Shown here one piece after another: positions 27,880-37,905 of a stretch of 64,000 nucleotides of DNA. The DNA is taken from positions 321,776 through 385,775 of the forward strand of contig JAQULM010000002.1 of the NCBI GenBank assembly GCA_028718605.1, written 5' to 3'. The position numbers and the translations under genes are program-made. The notes under the pieces were generated by a model that saw nothing but the letters and a program-made list of their open reading frames with translations, ran no database searches and was not told the origin of the DNA. The DNA comes from Patescibacteria group bacterium. GTDB taxonomy: Bacteria; Patescibacteriota; Patescibacteriia; UBA10025; JAHIVO01. Position 1 is the first letter of the stretch; every line of letters begins with the position of its first letter.

Positions 27880-29322
27880 TTATTTCTGAAGATTGAACCG
27901 TCGTAAAACAATGCGGCTTACAGTTTCCCATTGTACCATAAGGGCGAATATAACTAAAGAAAGGCAAAACAGCACACTCGGCAAAAACACCTGGAGCATG
28001 CCGTAGTACAGAAAGCCATACACCGTAATAATCAGGATGATACCGTGGTACCATCGGTCACGGGTAATGAGTACAAGCGGCGCGCACCAGAGGATATACC
28101 AAATATTAAATTTTCCGCCAAGCAGAAGAACCAATAAAAGCAACATCCAGAAATACCGCTTAATATCAGACGAGCCATCTCCCCGCTTCCCCATGAAAAG
28201 CAATAAAGAATATGGGACTAGAAAAGCAACAATGTAACCCGCCCGGACTGCGGTCAAATTGTAGGGAATCAATGGAATAAGTTTATGAAAGCCCTCAAGG
28301 GCGACCTGGATGAACGCTTGGGGTAACGTGAGATAATTATCCTTTACAAACGCACGGCCAAGATTTCCGATGCTCGAAGAAAAGCTTCCATAGGGGAGAT
28401 ATGCAATCGCGATGAGGGCCGCCCCGACGAGAGCGCCTATCGCACAATCACGCCATGCCTTTTTTCGATCCTGGGTGAATATCAATAAAACAACAACAGG
28501 CAAGAGTACGATCGCGCTGTATTTTATCAGGAAGGCACACGTGAGCGCCACGATAGACCAACGATATTTTTTAGTCACGATGAAATACACGGATGCCAAA
28601 ATAAACAGCACCATATACATATCATTATGTGCAGAATGAACCGCTTCAATAAGGATATACGGATTCCAGAGGAAGAGCGCAGTGCCTATAAAGCGGAACT
28701 TCGGGGCACTCTGTTGCAAAATTTTATACATCAGGTAACCGCACGCGGCGAAAACAGCCGCTGCAGCAAGCCGAAAAACCACCAAGTTCGCCACAATATC
28801 AGAACCGGCAATTTTATTGAAAAGCAGCCCAATGGAAATAAACAGCGGCCCGTAAACGGACTCCTTGTCCGGCCATGCCACAAAATCGCTGTATCCGAGC
28901 GACGCGGGCGTTATGGTATACGGATTGGCATGGTGGATGTTTGCTATTGCAGACCGGGTAATGTAACCGAATAAATCGGAGGAAAAAAACGGCGGGCTTA
29001 AAAAAAGTATCACCACAAACACAACAGGAAAAAGTATGAGGATCCGCTGGTAGCGGGCACTTGCCTCGTGCTGCTTCCGCACCGTGAAAAAAAATACCCC
29101 GTACAGAATGCAGAACGCGAGGAAAAATAAACTGAACACAACCCTGTTCGCGAAAAAAATTCCTGCATGCCGCATAAACGTACCGATGTGCGGAGGCATG
29201 TAGAAAAAGGTAAGGAGGGTGTACGCGAAAAACATAAAGCTAAAAACAACCCCCAGAAGTACGAGCCGGCGCGTTGCAGTGCCCGCCGCGGCGTGTGTCA
29301 ACATGACGCTTTGTTCTTTCAT
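27880..29322 (-). CDS. GT-C fold membrane glycosyltransferase (DUF2029 / GT87 / PIG-M-like mannosyltransferase family).
   Basis: Polytopic. Shared motifs with its neighbour: SDLFGYITRSAIAN-HHANPY and VYGPL. Confidence 0.5.
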   Translation of the reverse strand: MKEQSVMLTHAAAGTATRRLVLLGVVFSFMFFAYTLLTFFYMPPHIGTFMRHAGIFFANRVVFSLFFLAFCILYGVFFFTVRKQHEASARYQRILILFPVVFVVILFLSPPFFSSDLFGYITRSAIANIHHANPYTITPASLGYSDFVAWPDKESVYGPLFISIGLLFNKIAGSDIVANLVVFRLAAAAVFAACGYLMYKILQQSAPKFRFIGTALFLWNPYILIEAVHSAHNDMYMVLFILASVYFIVTKKYRWSIVALTCAFLIKYSAIVLLPVVVLLIFTQDRKKAWRDCAIGALVGAALIAIAYLPYGSFSSSIGNLGRAFVKDNYLTLPQAFIQVALEGFHKLIPLIPYNLTAVRAGYIVAFLVPYSLLLFMGKRGDGSSDIKRYFWMLLLLVLLLGGKFNIWYILWCAPLVLITRDRWYHGIILIITVYGFLYYGMLQVFLPSVLFCLSLVIFALMVQWETVSRIVLRRFNLQK

Positions 29323-30782
29323 CGCGATTTGCCGTCAGAAAATTGTATGCCAAACCGAAGCCGTGGGGCCGCCAAAACAGCTGCATAGTACATCCCCACA
29401 AGCACCCAAAAGAGAGTATTCGCCAGAAGATTGCCGTCAAGGTAAAAAGCAAACCCGCTCAATGTCAGTATGAGAATAATCGGAAAATGGCGGGGATTTC
29501 CGGCAAGGAGCAGGAGCGGAAATAACCAAATGGTATACCATATATTAAACATATTCGCAACGAATGAGAGCGCTAGTGCAATAATCCAAAAATAACGCCG
29601 GATAAAAACACCGCGTTCGGCGATACGCGGCCAAAATAATACCACGGCGTATGCTGCTCCGAATACCACGAGATATAACATCAAGAGGGTATCCTTGCTT
29701 GCCGGTGGGGAATTAAATACATCACCAATGGTCTGCACGACCCCATTAATAACGCTCTTGAAAAACGTCAGCTTATAATTCGCGACATACGCACGGCCGA
29801 GGTTGCCGACATTCGCGGAAAAATTGTGAAATGGCAAATACAATACCGCAATGACAGCAAACGCTGCCAGAACCACCAAGCCTAATTTTACTGCCTTTTG
29901 GCGAGAGGGCATTCGGTCTTTAAGCAGCATGAGAAGGAGTACCGGGAACAGAAAAATAGTGATGAACTTCACGGCAAAGCCGGCGGCTAACATTGCTCCC
30001 GCAAGGACGTACTGGCGCCGGAGTATGAACAACGCCGACAGCAGAATAAACGCGAGCATGATGATATCGTTGTGCACATTACTCACCACTTCAAGCAGCA
30101 CGAAGGGGTTCCAGAGAAACAGCGCTGTCGCAGCATACGCATGCCGAGACGCTACCCGCAGCATAATACGAAATACGAGATACCCGCACAGGGCAAACAG
30201 GGCAACATTGAACAATCGGTAAACCGTTAACTGGGCGATGAAAGCGCTCCCGCCAATCTTGTACAGGAACATCGAGATGATTGTATACAGGGGGCCATAC
30301 ACCATCGGCGTACGCTCGCATGGAACGATGGTGCCGTAGCCGAGCTCTTCCGGCGTCGTATTGTACGGATTCACATGGTGTTCGACCGCTATTTCAGCTC
30401 GAAAAATATACCCATAAATATCCGTTGTCATGAACGGAAGCGACAGGAAAAGGATGGCCGTGAAACATATTGAAAAAAATAGAATGGTGCGGAAACGGCG
30501 CTGTGGCTCGTCCGAAGATGTCCGCAGATACAAATACACGATGCAATACACTGCGGTCATGCCAAGAAATAGCAGGACGAGCACTCCCTTCCCTGCATTG
30601 AACACGCCGGCGCAACGAAAAATATTCCCACATGCCGCCGACGTAACGATGTTGGTGGTTATTGCGTAGAGCAGAAATAAAAGGCACAGCAGGATGCCGA
30701 GCCCGACAACTGACCGGCGTGGCCACTGATAGTGGCGTAGAATTGCCGGCATAAGTGCTGTTTTGTTGAATCCACCGAGCAT
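29319..30782 (-). CDS. GT-C fold membrane glycosyltransferase, tandem paralog of 27880..29322 with a 4-nt overlap.
   Basis: TDIYGYIFRAEIAVEHHVNPY ... VYGPLYTIISMF parallels its neighbour. Confidence 0.5.
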   Translation of the reverse strand: MLGGFNKTALMPAILRHYQWPRRSVVGLGILLCLLFLLYAITTNIVTSAACGNIFRCAGVFNAGKGVLVLLFLGMTAVYCIVYLYLRTSSDEPQRRFRTILFFSICFTAILFLSLPFMTTDIYGYIFRAEIAVEHHVNPYNTTPEELGYGTIVPCERTPMVYGPLYTIISMFLYKIGGSAFIAQLTVYRLFNVALFALCGYLVFRIMLRVASRHAYAATALFLWNPFVLLEVVSNVHNDIIMLAFILLSALFILRRQYVLAGAMLAAGFAVKFITIFLFPVLLLMLLKDRMPSRQKAVKLGLVVLAAFAVIAVLYLPFHNFSANVGNLGRAYVANYKLTFFKSVINGVVQTIGDVFNSPPASKDTLLMLYLVVFGAAYAVVLFWPRIAERGVFIRRYFWIIALALSFVANMFNIWYTIWLFPLLLLAGNPRHFPIILILTLSGFAFYLDGNLLANTLFWVLVGMYYAAVLAAPRLRFGIQFSDGKSR

Positions 30783-30870
30783 AGACTACTCTTTTCACTA
30801 TTCGTATCTCGTAACAGCCAGTATACCAACGCCCCTTCACTGCCGCAATAAAGCATTGGGCAACGACGAA

Positions 30871-32079
30871 CTACGCCGGCGTGGGTGCCCCATGCTCCGC
30901 TTGGCGGATGCGGACAAAGCGCACCATAATCAACACCATGGCAATAGCCACGAGGAGCAGCGACGCCGTTGTAAACGCCGGAGTCCAGTTCCCCCACAGC
31001 TGCCAAACCACCGGATATGCAAAATAATTTATTACGTCGTACGCGATGACGAGAGCCACTTCGTACCATCGTGGGCGGCACACAATGATGAGCGGAACAA
31101 ACCAAAGAATCCACTGCGGCGAATAAAACCGCGAACACAGCAAGAAGAGGGTGACCGCGATCACGCACCATGATATGAACTGCGCCGGCGTTTGTATGGA
31201 CTTCTTCATGCGGTGCGGGAAAAAAACAAACGCCAGCGGAACACTGGCCTGGAGCAGGAGAAAAAAGCCAAAACCGATATAATTTACTGCTGAACCGCCC
31301 AATGATTGTAGGGCAGGCGCCAGGAGAATCGAATACAGGCTACCGGTTCCTGCGGCGCGGCTCGCATGAAAAAGATACGGCTGCAACGAATATATCCCAT
31401 CCATGATGAACCCGCCAGCGAGGACCAGCGTGATCGGCACTATAAAGTATACTGCAACGTCGTTCCGAACCCTGCTGTGCACAACAGATGGCTGCTGCCG
31501 TTCATAGTACCAATACAGCGGCAATAGAATCAGCGGATACCACTTCACGAGGACTGCGCACGCGAGGATAAATAATGACAATCGGCGGCGGCGGACGATC
31601 AGAAAATAGAGGCTCGTTTGGACGAGGAATGCGATACATACGTCAAAACGGCTGAATGTAAAATACAGCATGGACGGGAGTACCAGCAGCATGATAAGCC
31701 ACGGAGACCCTCCGAGGTGCTTGATCAGTTTATATGAAGACACGATCAAGCCGACCGCGCACAGGAGGTTCATGGTAATCAAAATCGTGCGGTAGCCGAG
31801 GTAGTCGGCCGTCGCGAGGAATGGCAGGGTTATGTACGCCAAGCCAAGCTGCGGGTATTCTTGGAATGAATCCTTGCCGTACGGCGTTACGTCCTGGGGC
31901 AGCCAGCTGCCGCGCGTATAAAAAACCGTCAGTTCGTTGTCGTCACGCACTCCGCGAAAATCTCCCATTGGCGTCGATACCTTCTCGGGCACGAAATGGA
32001 CGGCAAATGACGCGCCGGCGCAAACGACAACGGCGATAAGCACCACTATTTTTCCGTGTGATCGCAACCACATACGCAT
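30871..32079 (-). CDS. Polytopic membrane protein, GT-C-like. Only the C-terminal two-thirds of the 505-aa ORF is called. The start is set at the internal Met after the Ser/Thr/Arg-rich non-membrane prefix.
   Basis: The first TM begins right after MRMWLRSHGKIVVLIAVVV. The upstream ORF portion overlaps the preceding gene and has an atypical composition. Confidence 0.45.
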   Translation of the reverse strand: MRMWLRSHGKIVVLIAVVVCAGASFAVHFVPEKVSTPMGDFRGVRDDNELTVFYTRGSWLPQDVTPYGKDSFQEYPQLGLAYITLPFLATADYLGYRTILITMNLLCAVGLIVSSYKLIKHLGGSPWLIMLLVLPSMLYFTFSRFDVCIAFLVQTSLYFLIVRRRRLSLFILACAVLVKWYPLILLPLYWYYERQQPSVVHSRVRNDVAVYFIVPITLVLAGGFIMDGIYSLQPYLFHASRAAGTGSLYSILLAPALQSLGGSAVNYIGFGFFLLLQASVPLAFVFFPHRMKKSIQTPAQFISWCVIAVTLFLLCSRFYSPQWILWFVPLIIVCRPRWYEVALVIAYDVINYFAYPVVWQLWGNWTPAFTTASLLLVAIAMVLIMVRFVRIRQAEHGAPTPA

Positions 32080-32080
32080 A

Positions 32081-33796
32081 TCAATCCAACACCCGATAAA
32101 TGGTAGCTTCAGCGTCCCGATATGCCTCCGCGAACCCACCGTCATTCTCGATTGCCTGCTCCATGCCCCGGTGGTTTGACTCCACGAATACGTACGATGC
32201 GCCGAATTTTCCTCGGATATCATCGTGCAGGTTCTCCGTTTGGGTGCCGATCGTGATGTCAACCATGCGGCGGTACAAATCGTGGCTGTACTCGTACGTG
32301 AACGTCGGGTCCAGCCCTGCAATATAGTAATTCTGGGAATTAAAATAAAACAGTATAGGAAACTCATCCCAGCTTGAGTGGAATACAATTTCGCCTTTTT
32401 GGGTATTTTCCTTGAGCCATGTGGCCGCTTTCTGGAAACGCGTCAGCGGAATTCCGCCCTGGTAGTCCCGGTACGTGCCGCGGATATCCTTCGCGGCGAG
32501 TGCGGGAACCATGACCGCAAAATAAACAATGAGAATTGTCGCTATCACGCGGTAGCGGGAATACCAGCTCACTATATTCCGGCCGATCGCACGCCATGCA
32601 TACTGCCCGACGAGCTGGTGGATGGCAAACGCTTCGAACAGGATAGCGAACGGCACATAGTACTCCACGTACCGCCGTGATTTGAGGGTGAATACAAGCA
32701 GAAGTAAAAAAATCCCGAAAAGCGTCAAAACTTTTTTCGAAAGCCGGTGGCGGTTGACGACCATCAAAACGAACGCAACTACGAGGAGCACCGTGACTAA
32801 CGCAGTACCCGCCGTCAGGTCAACAAATTTATACGGGTACCATTCGTTCCCCACGGAAATCACTTTCTGGTAGTTAATAATGCCGATTTTGATGAGCTGG
32901 TTCCAATAGAACGACAAGTTGTGAGGGAAATACGGGTTCACGATAATGCCAGCGATGACGCCAGCGAGAGACGCGAAAAAAAGCTTCACGTCGCGGCTAT
33001 GGCCGATGATTGAAAAAAAAGTGCGATGCTGCAAGTTCCGCACCCAATCATACGCAATGCCCACGAACGCATAAATACCGGCAAAGATTACGATGAGGAT
33101 AAATCCACCATACGCCCATACGTAAAAAAAGGAGAGCAAAAACAGCGCACGGTAGCGGTACTGAAAAATTACATGCAGCCCAATAAGCAAGAATAGGATA
33201 GAAAACGCGGGTGCCTTCACGAGATTCACGCGGAACATGAATGGCATTGTCACGAGTAAAATCAACGAATAAACGAACGCAAACCGCACATGGTACCGGC
33301 GCAGCATGAAATAAAAAACCATTACGAGGAGGGATGTCAACACGACATTCGCGAACTTCGCGCCCCACAGCGGCCCAAGCGCCATTTCAAATGGGACAAG
33401 AAACACGTGGTACAAAAAATGCTGGTCAATGTAGTGGTCTCGGATGACGGAAACCTGGAGCCAGGGAAATGTCTTGATGATGCCATCCGACCGGATAATC
33501 TGCGCCATCTTCGCGTGGTAAAAAGAGTCTGGGTCTGGAAACGACGGGACTGACTGGAATATCGCGCACAAGGTCGTTGCGACGACTAACAAAACACAGG
33601 CGGCGACCACCCACCCGTATTTCTTGAAAAATACCAAAGCTTGTTGCCTTGAAATCATGGGTGCATTATACCATTTTTCGCGTATAACTCGAAGGAATAG
33701 TGCGTTATCCACACCGCCCAGCAAGACGCTGGTCAGCATAACATTTCGTGGGTTGCTGACGAGCACTCCTCGGGCGTCTACTTCTACCGGATACAA
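32081..33796 (-). CDS. GT-C fold membrane glycosyltransferase (ArnT/PMT/STT3-like). The start may be internal, at M47 (33658).
   Basis: More than 12 TM helices. An early loop motif PDPDSFYHAKMAQ is followed by a C-terminal soluble domain. Confidence 0.45.
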   Translation of the reverse strand: MYPVEVDARGVLVSNPRNVMLTSVLLGGVDNALFLRVIREKWYNAPMISRQQALVFFKKYGWVVAACVLLVVATTLCAIFQSVPSFPDPDSFYHAKMAQIIRSDGIIKTFPWLQVSVIRDHYIDQHFLYHVFLVPFEMALGPLWGAKFANVVLTSLLVMVFYFMLRRYHVRFAFVYSLILLVTMPFMFRVNLVKAPAFSILFLLIGLHVIFQYRYRALFLLSFFYVWAYGGFILIVIFAGIYAFVGIAYDWVRNLQHRTFFSIIGHSRDVKLFFASLAGVIAGIIVNPYFPHNLSFYWNQLIKIGIINYQKVISVGNEWYPYKFVDLTAGTALVTVLLVVAFVLMVVNRHRLSKKVLTLFGIFLLLLVFTLKSRRYVEYYVPFAILFEAFAIHQLVGQYAWRAIGRNIVSWYSRYRVIATILIVYFAVMVPALAAKDIRGTYRDYQGGIPLTRFQKAATWLKENTQKGEIVFHSSWDEFPILFYFNSQNYYIAGLDPTFTYEYSHDLYRRMVDITIGTQTENLHDDIRGKFGASYVFVESNHRGMEQAIENDGGFAEAYRDAEATIYRVLD

Positions 33797-33817
33797 ACGC
33801 CTGAGGCAACACAGACA

Positions 33818-33854
33818 AAGAAGATGCTCTTACTCAAGTAGAGCATGCCTTCTT
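33818..33854 (-). other. Stable imperfect hairpin, a 13-bp stem with a 2-nt bulge (aagaag-atgctct / agagcat-gc-cttctt). It lies in the 5' leader between the PGI terminator and the GT-C gene start.
   Basis: Direct reading of the inverted repeat. No adjacent U-tract. Confidence 0.4.
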
Positions 33855-33995
33855 CCCCAAGACATACCTACCGATTCCAAGAAAACACCGGATTCATCCC
33901 CTGGATCCGGCGTTCTTTATTGGGGTAATTTTCCGAGTGCGAAATAAAAAATCCCCACCAAGCATGGGGGCGGGGATTTACGGACTCGCGATTAG

Positions 33996-35069
33996 TTATT
34001 TTGCGAGCTGTTCCTTGAAAAAATCCACGTACGGGACCGGCGTCGGGTTGAGCCGGTTGGAGAGCGCCAGATAGTAGTTCATATAGCTGCCGAAGAGGAG
34101 AATTTCCAGGACTTGCTCTATGGGTGTACGGCCAGCCGCAATATAACTGGCAAAAGAAATCTTGTTTTTCAGGAGCACTTTCTTGGTAATGGCAAAACGC
34201 CGCTGTATCTTCGGCAAATACAGGCGGGACTCGATAAATAAAAATTTCAAAACGCTGCGATTCGCGCGAGGCAATTTCAGGCCTTCCATCAGGTGGTGGT
34301 TTAATTCCGGAATCAGAAAGTAGGAGGAAAATACTTTGCTGTTTTCGTTGATCTGGTTGGCGAAGACGTGGGCATTGCCCGAAAGATGATCGGCACCGAC
34401 GATAATCGGGATGCGGCCGGCGAATGCGCGCGCTGTTTGTTTCGCTCCATTCTTGCGCAGCGGCACTTTTGCGCCGAATCGACGGTGCAGGGCGACAATT
34501 TTCTGGACTGCCTCCTTGAACTCGCCCTCAGCCAGTTTCAGCAAACCGCTCCGCCGGAGCAGGACAATCTGCCCAATAACCGAATAGCCCAATCCCATGC
34601 GCGGCTGGTTGCAGGGATTAAACTGGGGAACGAAAAAATATCCCGGCACGCGGTACTTCTGTGCCAATCGGGCGAGTTTTGAATTCGCCATGCAAATAAC
34701 CATCAGCTTCGCTTTCCGCCGGCGCGCTTCAGCAAATGTCGACAGGGGCTCCTCCGTCGTGCCTGAATAGCTAGAAATGATGTAGAGCGTTGTGCGATCT
34801 ACAAAACCGGGCAACGAGTAATGATTTATTATCTTGATGGGCACTTTCAACGCCGTTCCGAACAAAGACTCGATAATATGCCCACCGAGGGCAGAGCCTC
34901 CCATGCCGTTGATAAGTATATTTTTTACCTGGCGGTAGGTACGTGGGATTTTTACCATGTTCGCCTCTTCCCATGCCTGCCTGCACTGCAAGCCGAGTGA
35001 CTCGATTGATTGGAGCAGGTTTGATTTGTCGTACCGCCGGTACTGACTTGTGGAGTCGAGCAAATTCAT
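33996..35069 (-). CDS. Bifunctional phosphoglucose/phosphomannose isomerase (archaeal-type PGI/PMI, SIS domain).
   Basis: NGMGGSALGG is a SIS phosphosugar-binding motif, then SYSGTTEE. Length about 350 aa. Confidence 0.7.
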   Translation of the reverse strand: MNLLDSTSQYRRYDKSNLLQSIESLGLQCRQAWEEANMVKIPRTYRQVKNILINGMGGSALGGHIIESLFGTALKVPIKIINHYSLPGFVDRTTLYIISSYSGTTEEPLSTFAEARRRKAKLMVICMANSKLARLAQKYRVPGYFFVPQFNPCNQPRMGLGYSVIGQIVLLRRSGLLKLAEGEFKEAVQKIVALHRRFGAKVPLRKNGAKQTARAFAGRIPIIVGADHLSGNAHVFANQINENSKVFSSYFLIPELNHHLMEGLKLPRANRSVLKFLFIESRLYLPKIQRRFAITKKVLLKNKISFASYIAAGRTPIEQVLEILLFGSYMNYYLALSNRLNPTPVPYVDFFKEQLAK

Positions 35070-35193
35070 AGTGTTTGTTTAAAATTGTACATCCATTATA
35101 CGGTATTGGGAACAATAAAACAAATTTGAAATTTTGCTTAAAATATGGTATATTGAATGGCGAACGGGTGTATTTTTTTATGTAAAATATCAT

Positions 35194-35919
35194 ATGTCTG
35201 GACACTCAAAGTGGAGGCAAATCAAACGCCAGAAAGCCGTCACTGACAACAAACGCGGTAACCTTTTTACAAAGCTCGCGAATGGAATCTCGATCGCCGC
35301 CAAACGCGGCGGGAAAGATCCCACCATGAATTTCCAGCTGCGCATGGCTATCGATAAGGCGAAAGCAGGCAATATGCCGAATGAAAACATCGAACGGGCG
35401 ATCAAACGCGGTGCCGGCGAACTTGCCGGCGCGGCCATCGAGGAAGTGACATACGAAGGCTTTGGCCCGGGCGGAACTGCAATCATCATCCAGACTGCAA
35501 CCGACAATAAAAACCGCACGGCGGGCACTATCAGGAGCACGCTGACGAAATTTGGCGGTAACCTCGGCGGCAGCGGAAGTGTTCAGTGGATGTTCCAGCA
35601 GCGTGCTGTTATCCGCATTGCGCGCGAACAGATCACTGACCGCGATGCGCTCGAACTGGCGCTCATCGACGCAGGCGCGGACGACATTGCCGACGAAACA
35701 GAAGGCATAACAGTCTATGCGAGCCCGGAACGGTTTGCTGGCATCAAAGCGGCCTTAGAACAATCGAACATCCAGACGGCCTCGGCCGATATCGAGCTTG
35801 TGCCGCAGAATAAAGTTGCCCTCCCGAACGAACGCGCTGCTGAGCGGCTCAATGAACTGCTCGAAGAGCTTGAACAAAATGACGACGTAAGCAACTACTT
35901 CACCAATGCAGATGCCTAA
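35194..35919 (+). CDS. yebC: YebC/PmpR-family transcriptional regulator.
   Basis: MSGHSKWRQIKRQKAVTDNKRGNLFTKL is a canonical N-terminus. Confidence 0.85.
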   Translation: MSGHSKWRQIKRQKAVTDNKRGNLFTKLANGISIAAKRGGKDPTMNFQLRMAIDKAKAGNMPNENIERAIKRGAGELAGAAIEEVTYEGFGPGGTAIIIQTATDNKNRTAGTIRSTLTKFGGNLGGSGSVQWMFQQRAVIRIAREQITDRDALELALIDAGADDIADETEGITVYASPERFAGIKAALEQSNIQTASADIELVPQNKVALPNERAAERLNELLEELEQNDDVSNYFTNADA

Positions 35920-36406
35920 ACGGCGGATTATCATGGGCATTGACCCCGGCTTCGCAATCACCGGCTACGGAATCATCCAGCTGTCCAAACACACCGTTTC
36001 CCCCGTGCAGTATGGCGCCATTACGTCGTCCGCACGAGAACCGTACGGACAGCGGCTCGAGAAACTGTACCGCGAGCTCACCACGGTAATCAAACGTTAT
36101 AAGCCCGATACGATTGCGGTTGAAAAGCTCTTCTTCTCAAAAAACGTAACGACCGCGCTGAAGGTTGGGGAAGCGCGGGGCATCGCAATGCTTGCCGCAT
36201 CGCAGAGCGGTGCAGCGATACTCGAATTTACTCCCCTGCAGATTAAACAGGCAATGACAGGATACGGCCGCGCTGGAAAAGCCCAAATCCAAAAAATGGT
36301 TGAGCAGTCGCTCTGCCTGGGGCGGTGCCCGAAGCCTGACGATATCGCTGACGCACTCGCAATTGCGATCTGCGGTGCTTACACAAAAGACTTTTCACGC
36401 GAGTAA
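35906..36406 (+). CDS. ruvC: Crossover junction endodeoxyribonuclease RuvC.
   Basis: IMGIDPGFAITGYGI has the catalytic Asp. Length about 160 aa. Confidence 0.85.
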   Translation: MQMPKRRIIMGIDPGFAITGYGIIQLSKHTVSPVQYGAITSSAREPYGQRLEKLYRELTTVIKRYKPDTIAVEKLFFSKNVTTALKVGEARGIAMLAASQSGAAILEFTPLQIKQAMTGYGRAGKAQIQKMVEQSLCLGRCPKPDDIADALAIAICGAYTKDFSRE

Positions 36407-36408
36407 CC

Positions 36409-37905
36409 ATGGCAAAAACACTCCGCATCGCAAGCATATCATCAGAGGTTTCCCCCTACTCCAAAACTGGCGGCTTAGCTGACGTGACGAAGGCGCTCTC
36501 AAAAGCGCTTTCGAACCACGGCCACAAGGTTTCGGTAGTAACGCCGTTCTACAAATTCATCAAAGATCAGGACCTCAATCTAAAACGGGTGAAGGAAACC
36601 GCGACGGTGGTCGTCGGACGGCAAAAATTTCCCGTTTCGTATCTCAGGTTGGATGTCAACCCAAACCTGGCTATTTTCTTTGTGGTCATTGATGCCCTCT
36701 TTACGAAACGCTCAAATGTATATGGATACCCAGATGACAACCTGCGGTTTCTCGTTTTTAATATCGCCGCATTGAGATTTCTCGACAACTTGACGCCACG
36801 CCGCGACATCATCCACTGCCATGATTGGCAGGCGGGCTTGGTCCCGTACTTCCTCACAAAATACCCACAGCGGTTCCAGTCGCTCCGGCGATCTGCAACC
36901 GTATTCACCATCCATAATCTCACATTCCAATCCGGCAAGAATTGGTGGAGCATCCCAAAACGATCACGCGATGACGGAAAATTCGACCCACTGAAAAATC
37001 CGGCAAAAATCCGATTCCTCAATTTTACGAAACGTGGAATACTATACGCCGATACGATCAATACGGTCAGCGAACGGTACGCGGAAGAAATTTTGACACC
37101 GGAGTACGGCCAAGGCTTGGATAAGTGCCTCCGAGCTCGCAAAACAAACCTGTACGGCATCATTAACGGCATTGATTATACGATACATAATCCGGCTTTT
37201 GATGGGAATATCCGATTCAAATACGACTGGAATAGCCTCGGCCGCAAGAAAAAAAATAAGCTTGAGCTGCAAAAAATCGTCGGTATCGAACAGAACCCGG
37301 AGATTCCCCTGATCGGCGTCGTCAATCGGCTCACGGAGCAGAAAGGCTTCCGTCTTATCATGGAAACCTTCGAGGTGCTCATGCGCATGCCATTGCAAAT
37401 TGTTATTCTCGGGAGCGGTTTTCTTGAGTACATCACGTTTTTCAAAAAAATGGCGCGCACGTACCCGCGGCGGTTCGCATTCTTCACGCCTTTTTCAGAA
37501 CAAATGGAATCAAAAATTTATGCCGGATCGGACATGTTCCTCATGCCGTCGCGGTTTGAGCCATGCGGAATTTCCCAGCTGAAAAGCTTGCGGTACGGAT
37601 CCATACCGATCGTGCACGAAACCGGCGGCCTCTCTGACACGATCACGAATTACAGCCCCCGCACCCGAAAAGGAAACGGCTTTGTTTTCAAAAAATACGC
37701 TCCTGAGGACTTCCTCATAACGATTGCCCGGGCTCTTGAAAATTACAAATACTCGCAGGCGTGGGAATACCTCGTCTGGTCGTCCATGCAGCAAACCTAC
37801 TCGTGGGAATTGCCCGCACGAAAATATCTGCTCCTCTACTCTCGCGCGATAAAAACCAGGCCAAAAAACCGAACTACATTAATTATCCCCCACCAACACG
37901 AATGA
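36409..37905 (+). CDS. glgA: Glycogen synthase (GT5).
   Basis: LRIASISSEVSPYSKTGGLADV is the K-T-G-G-L motif, with C-terminal E377-like motifs. Confidence 0.8.
   Translation: MAKTLRIASISSEVSPYSKTGGLADVTKALSKALSNHGHKVSVVTPFYKFIKDQDLNLKRVKETATVVVGRQKFPVSYLRLDVNPNLAIFFVVIDALFTKRSNVYGYPDDNLRFLVFNIAALRFLDNLTPRRDIIHCHDWQAGLVPYFLTKYPQRFQSLRRSATVFTIHNLTFQSGKNWWSIPKRSRDDGKFDPLKNPAKIRFLNFTKRGILYADTINTVSERYAEEILTPEYGQGLDKCLRARKTNLYGIINGIDYTIHNPAFDGNIRFKYDWNSLGRKKKNKLELQKIVGIEQNPEIPLIGVVNRLTEQKGFRLIMETFEVLMRMPLQIVILGSGFLEYITFFKKMARTYPRRFAFFTPFSEQMESKIYAGSDMFLMPSRFEPCGISQLKSLRYGSIPIVHETGGLSDTITNYSPRTRKGNGFVFKKYAPEDFLITIARALENYKYSQAWEYLVWSSMQQTYSWELPARKYLLLYSRAIKTRPKNRTTLIIPHQHE

Noticed and set aside
32080-32388. 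First 103 aa of the 505-aa minus-strand ORF 30871..32388
   Set aside because: It overlaps the 3' end of the upstream gene in another frame, has an atypical Ser/Thr/Arg-rich composition, and precedes the first TM helix. The start was moved to the internal Met at 32079.
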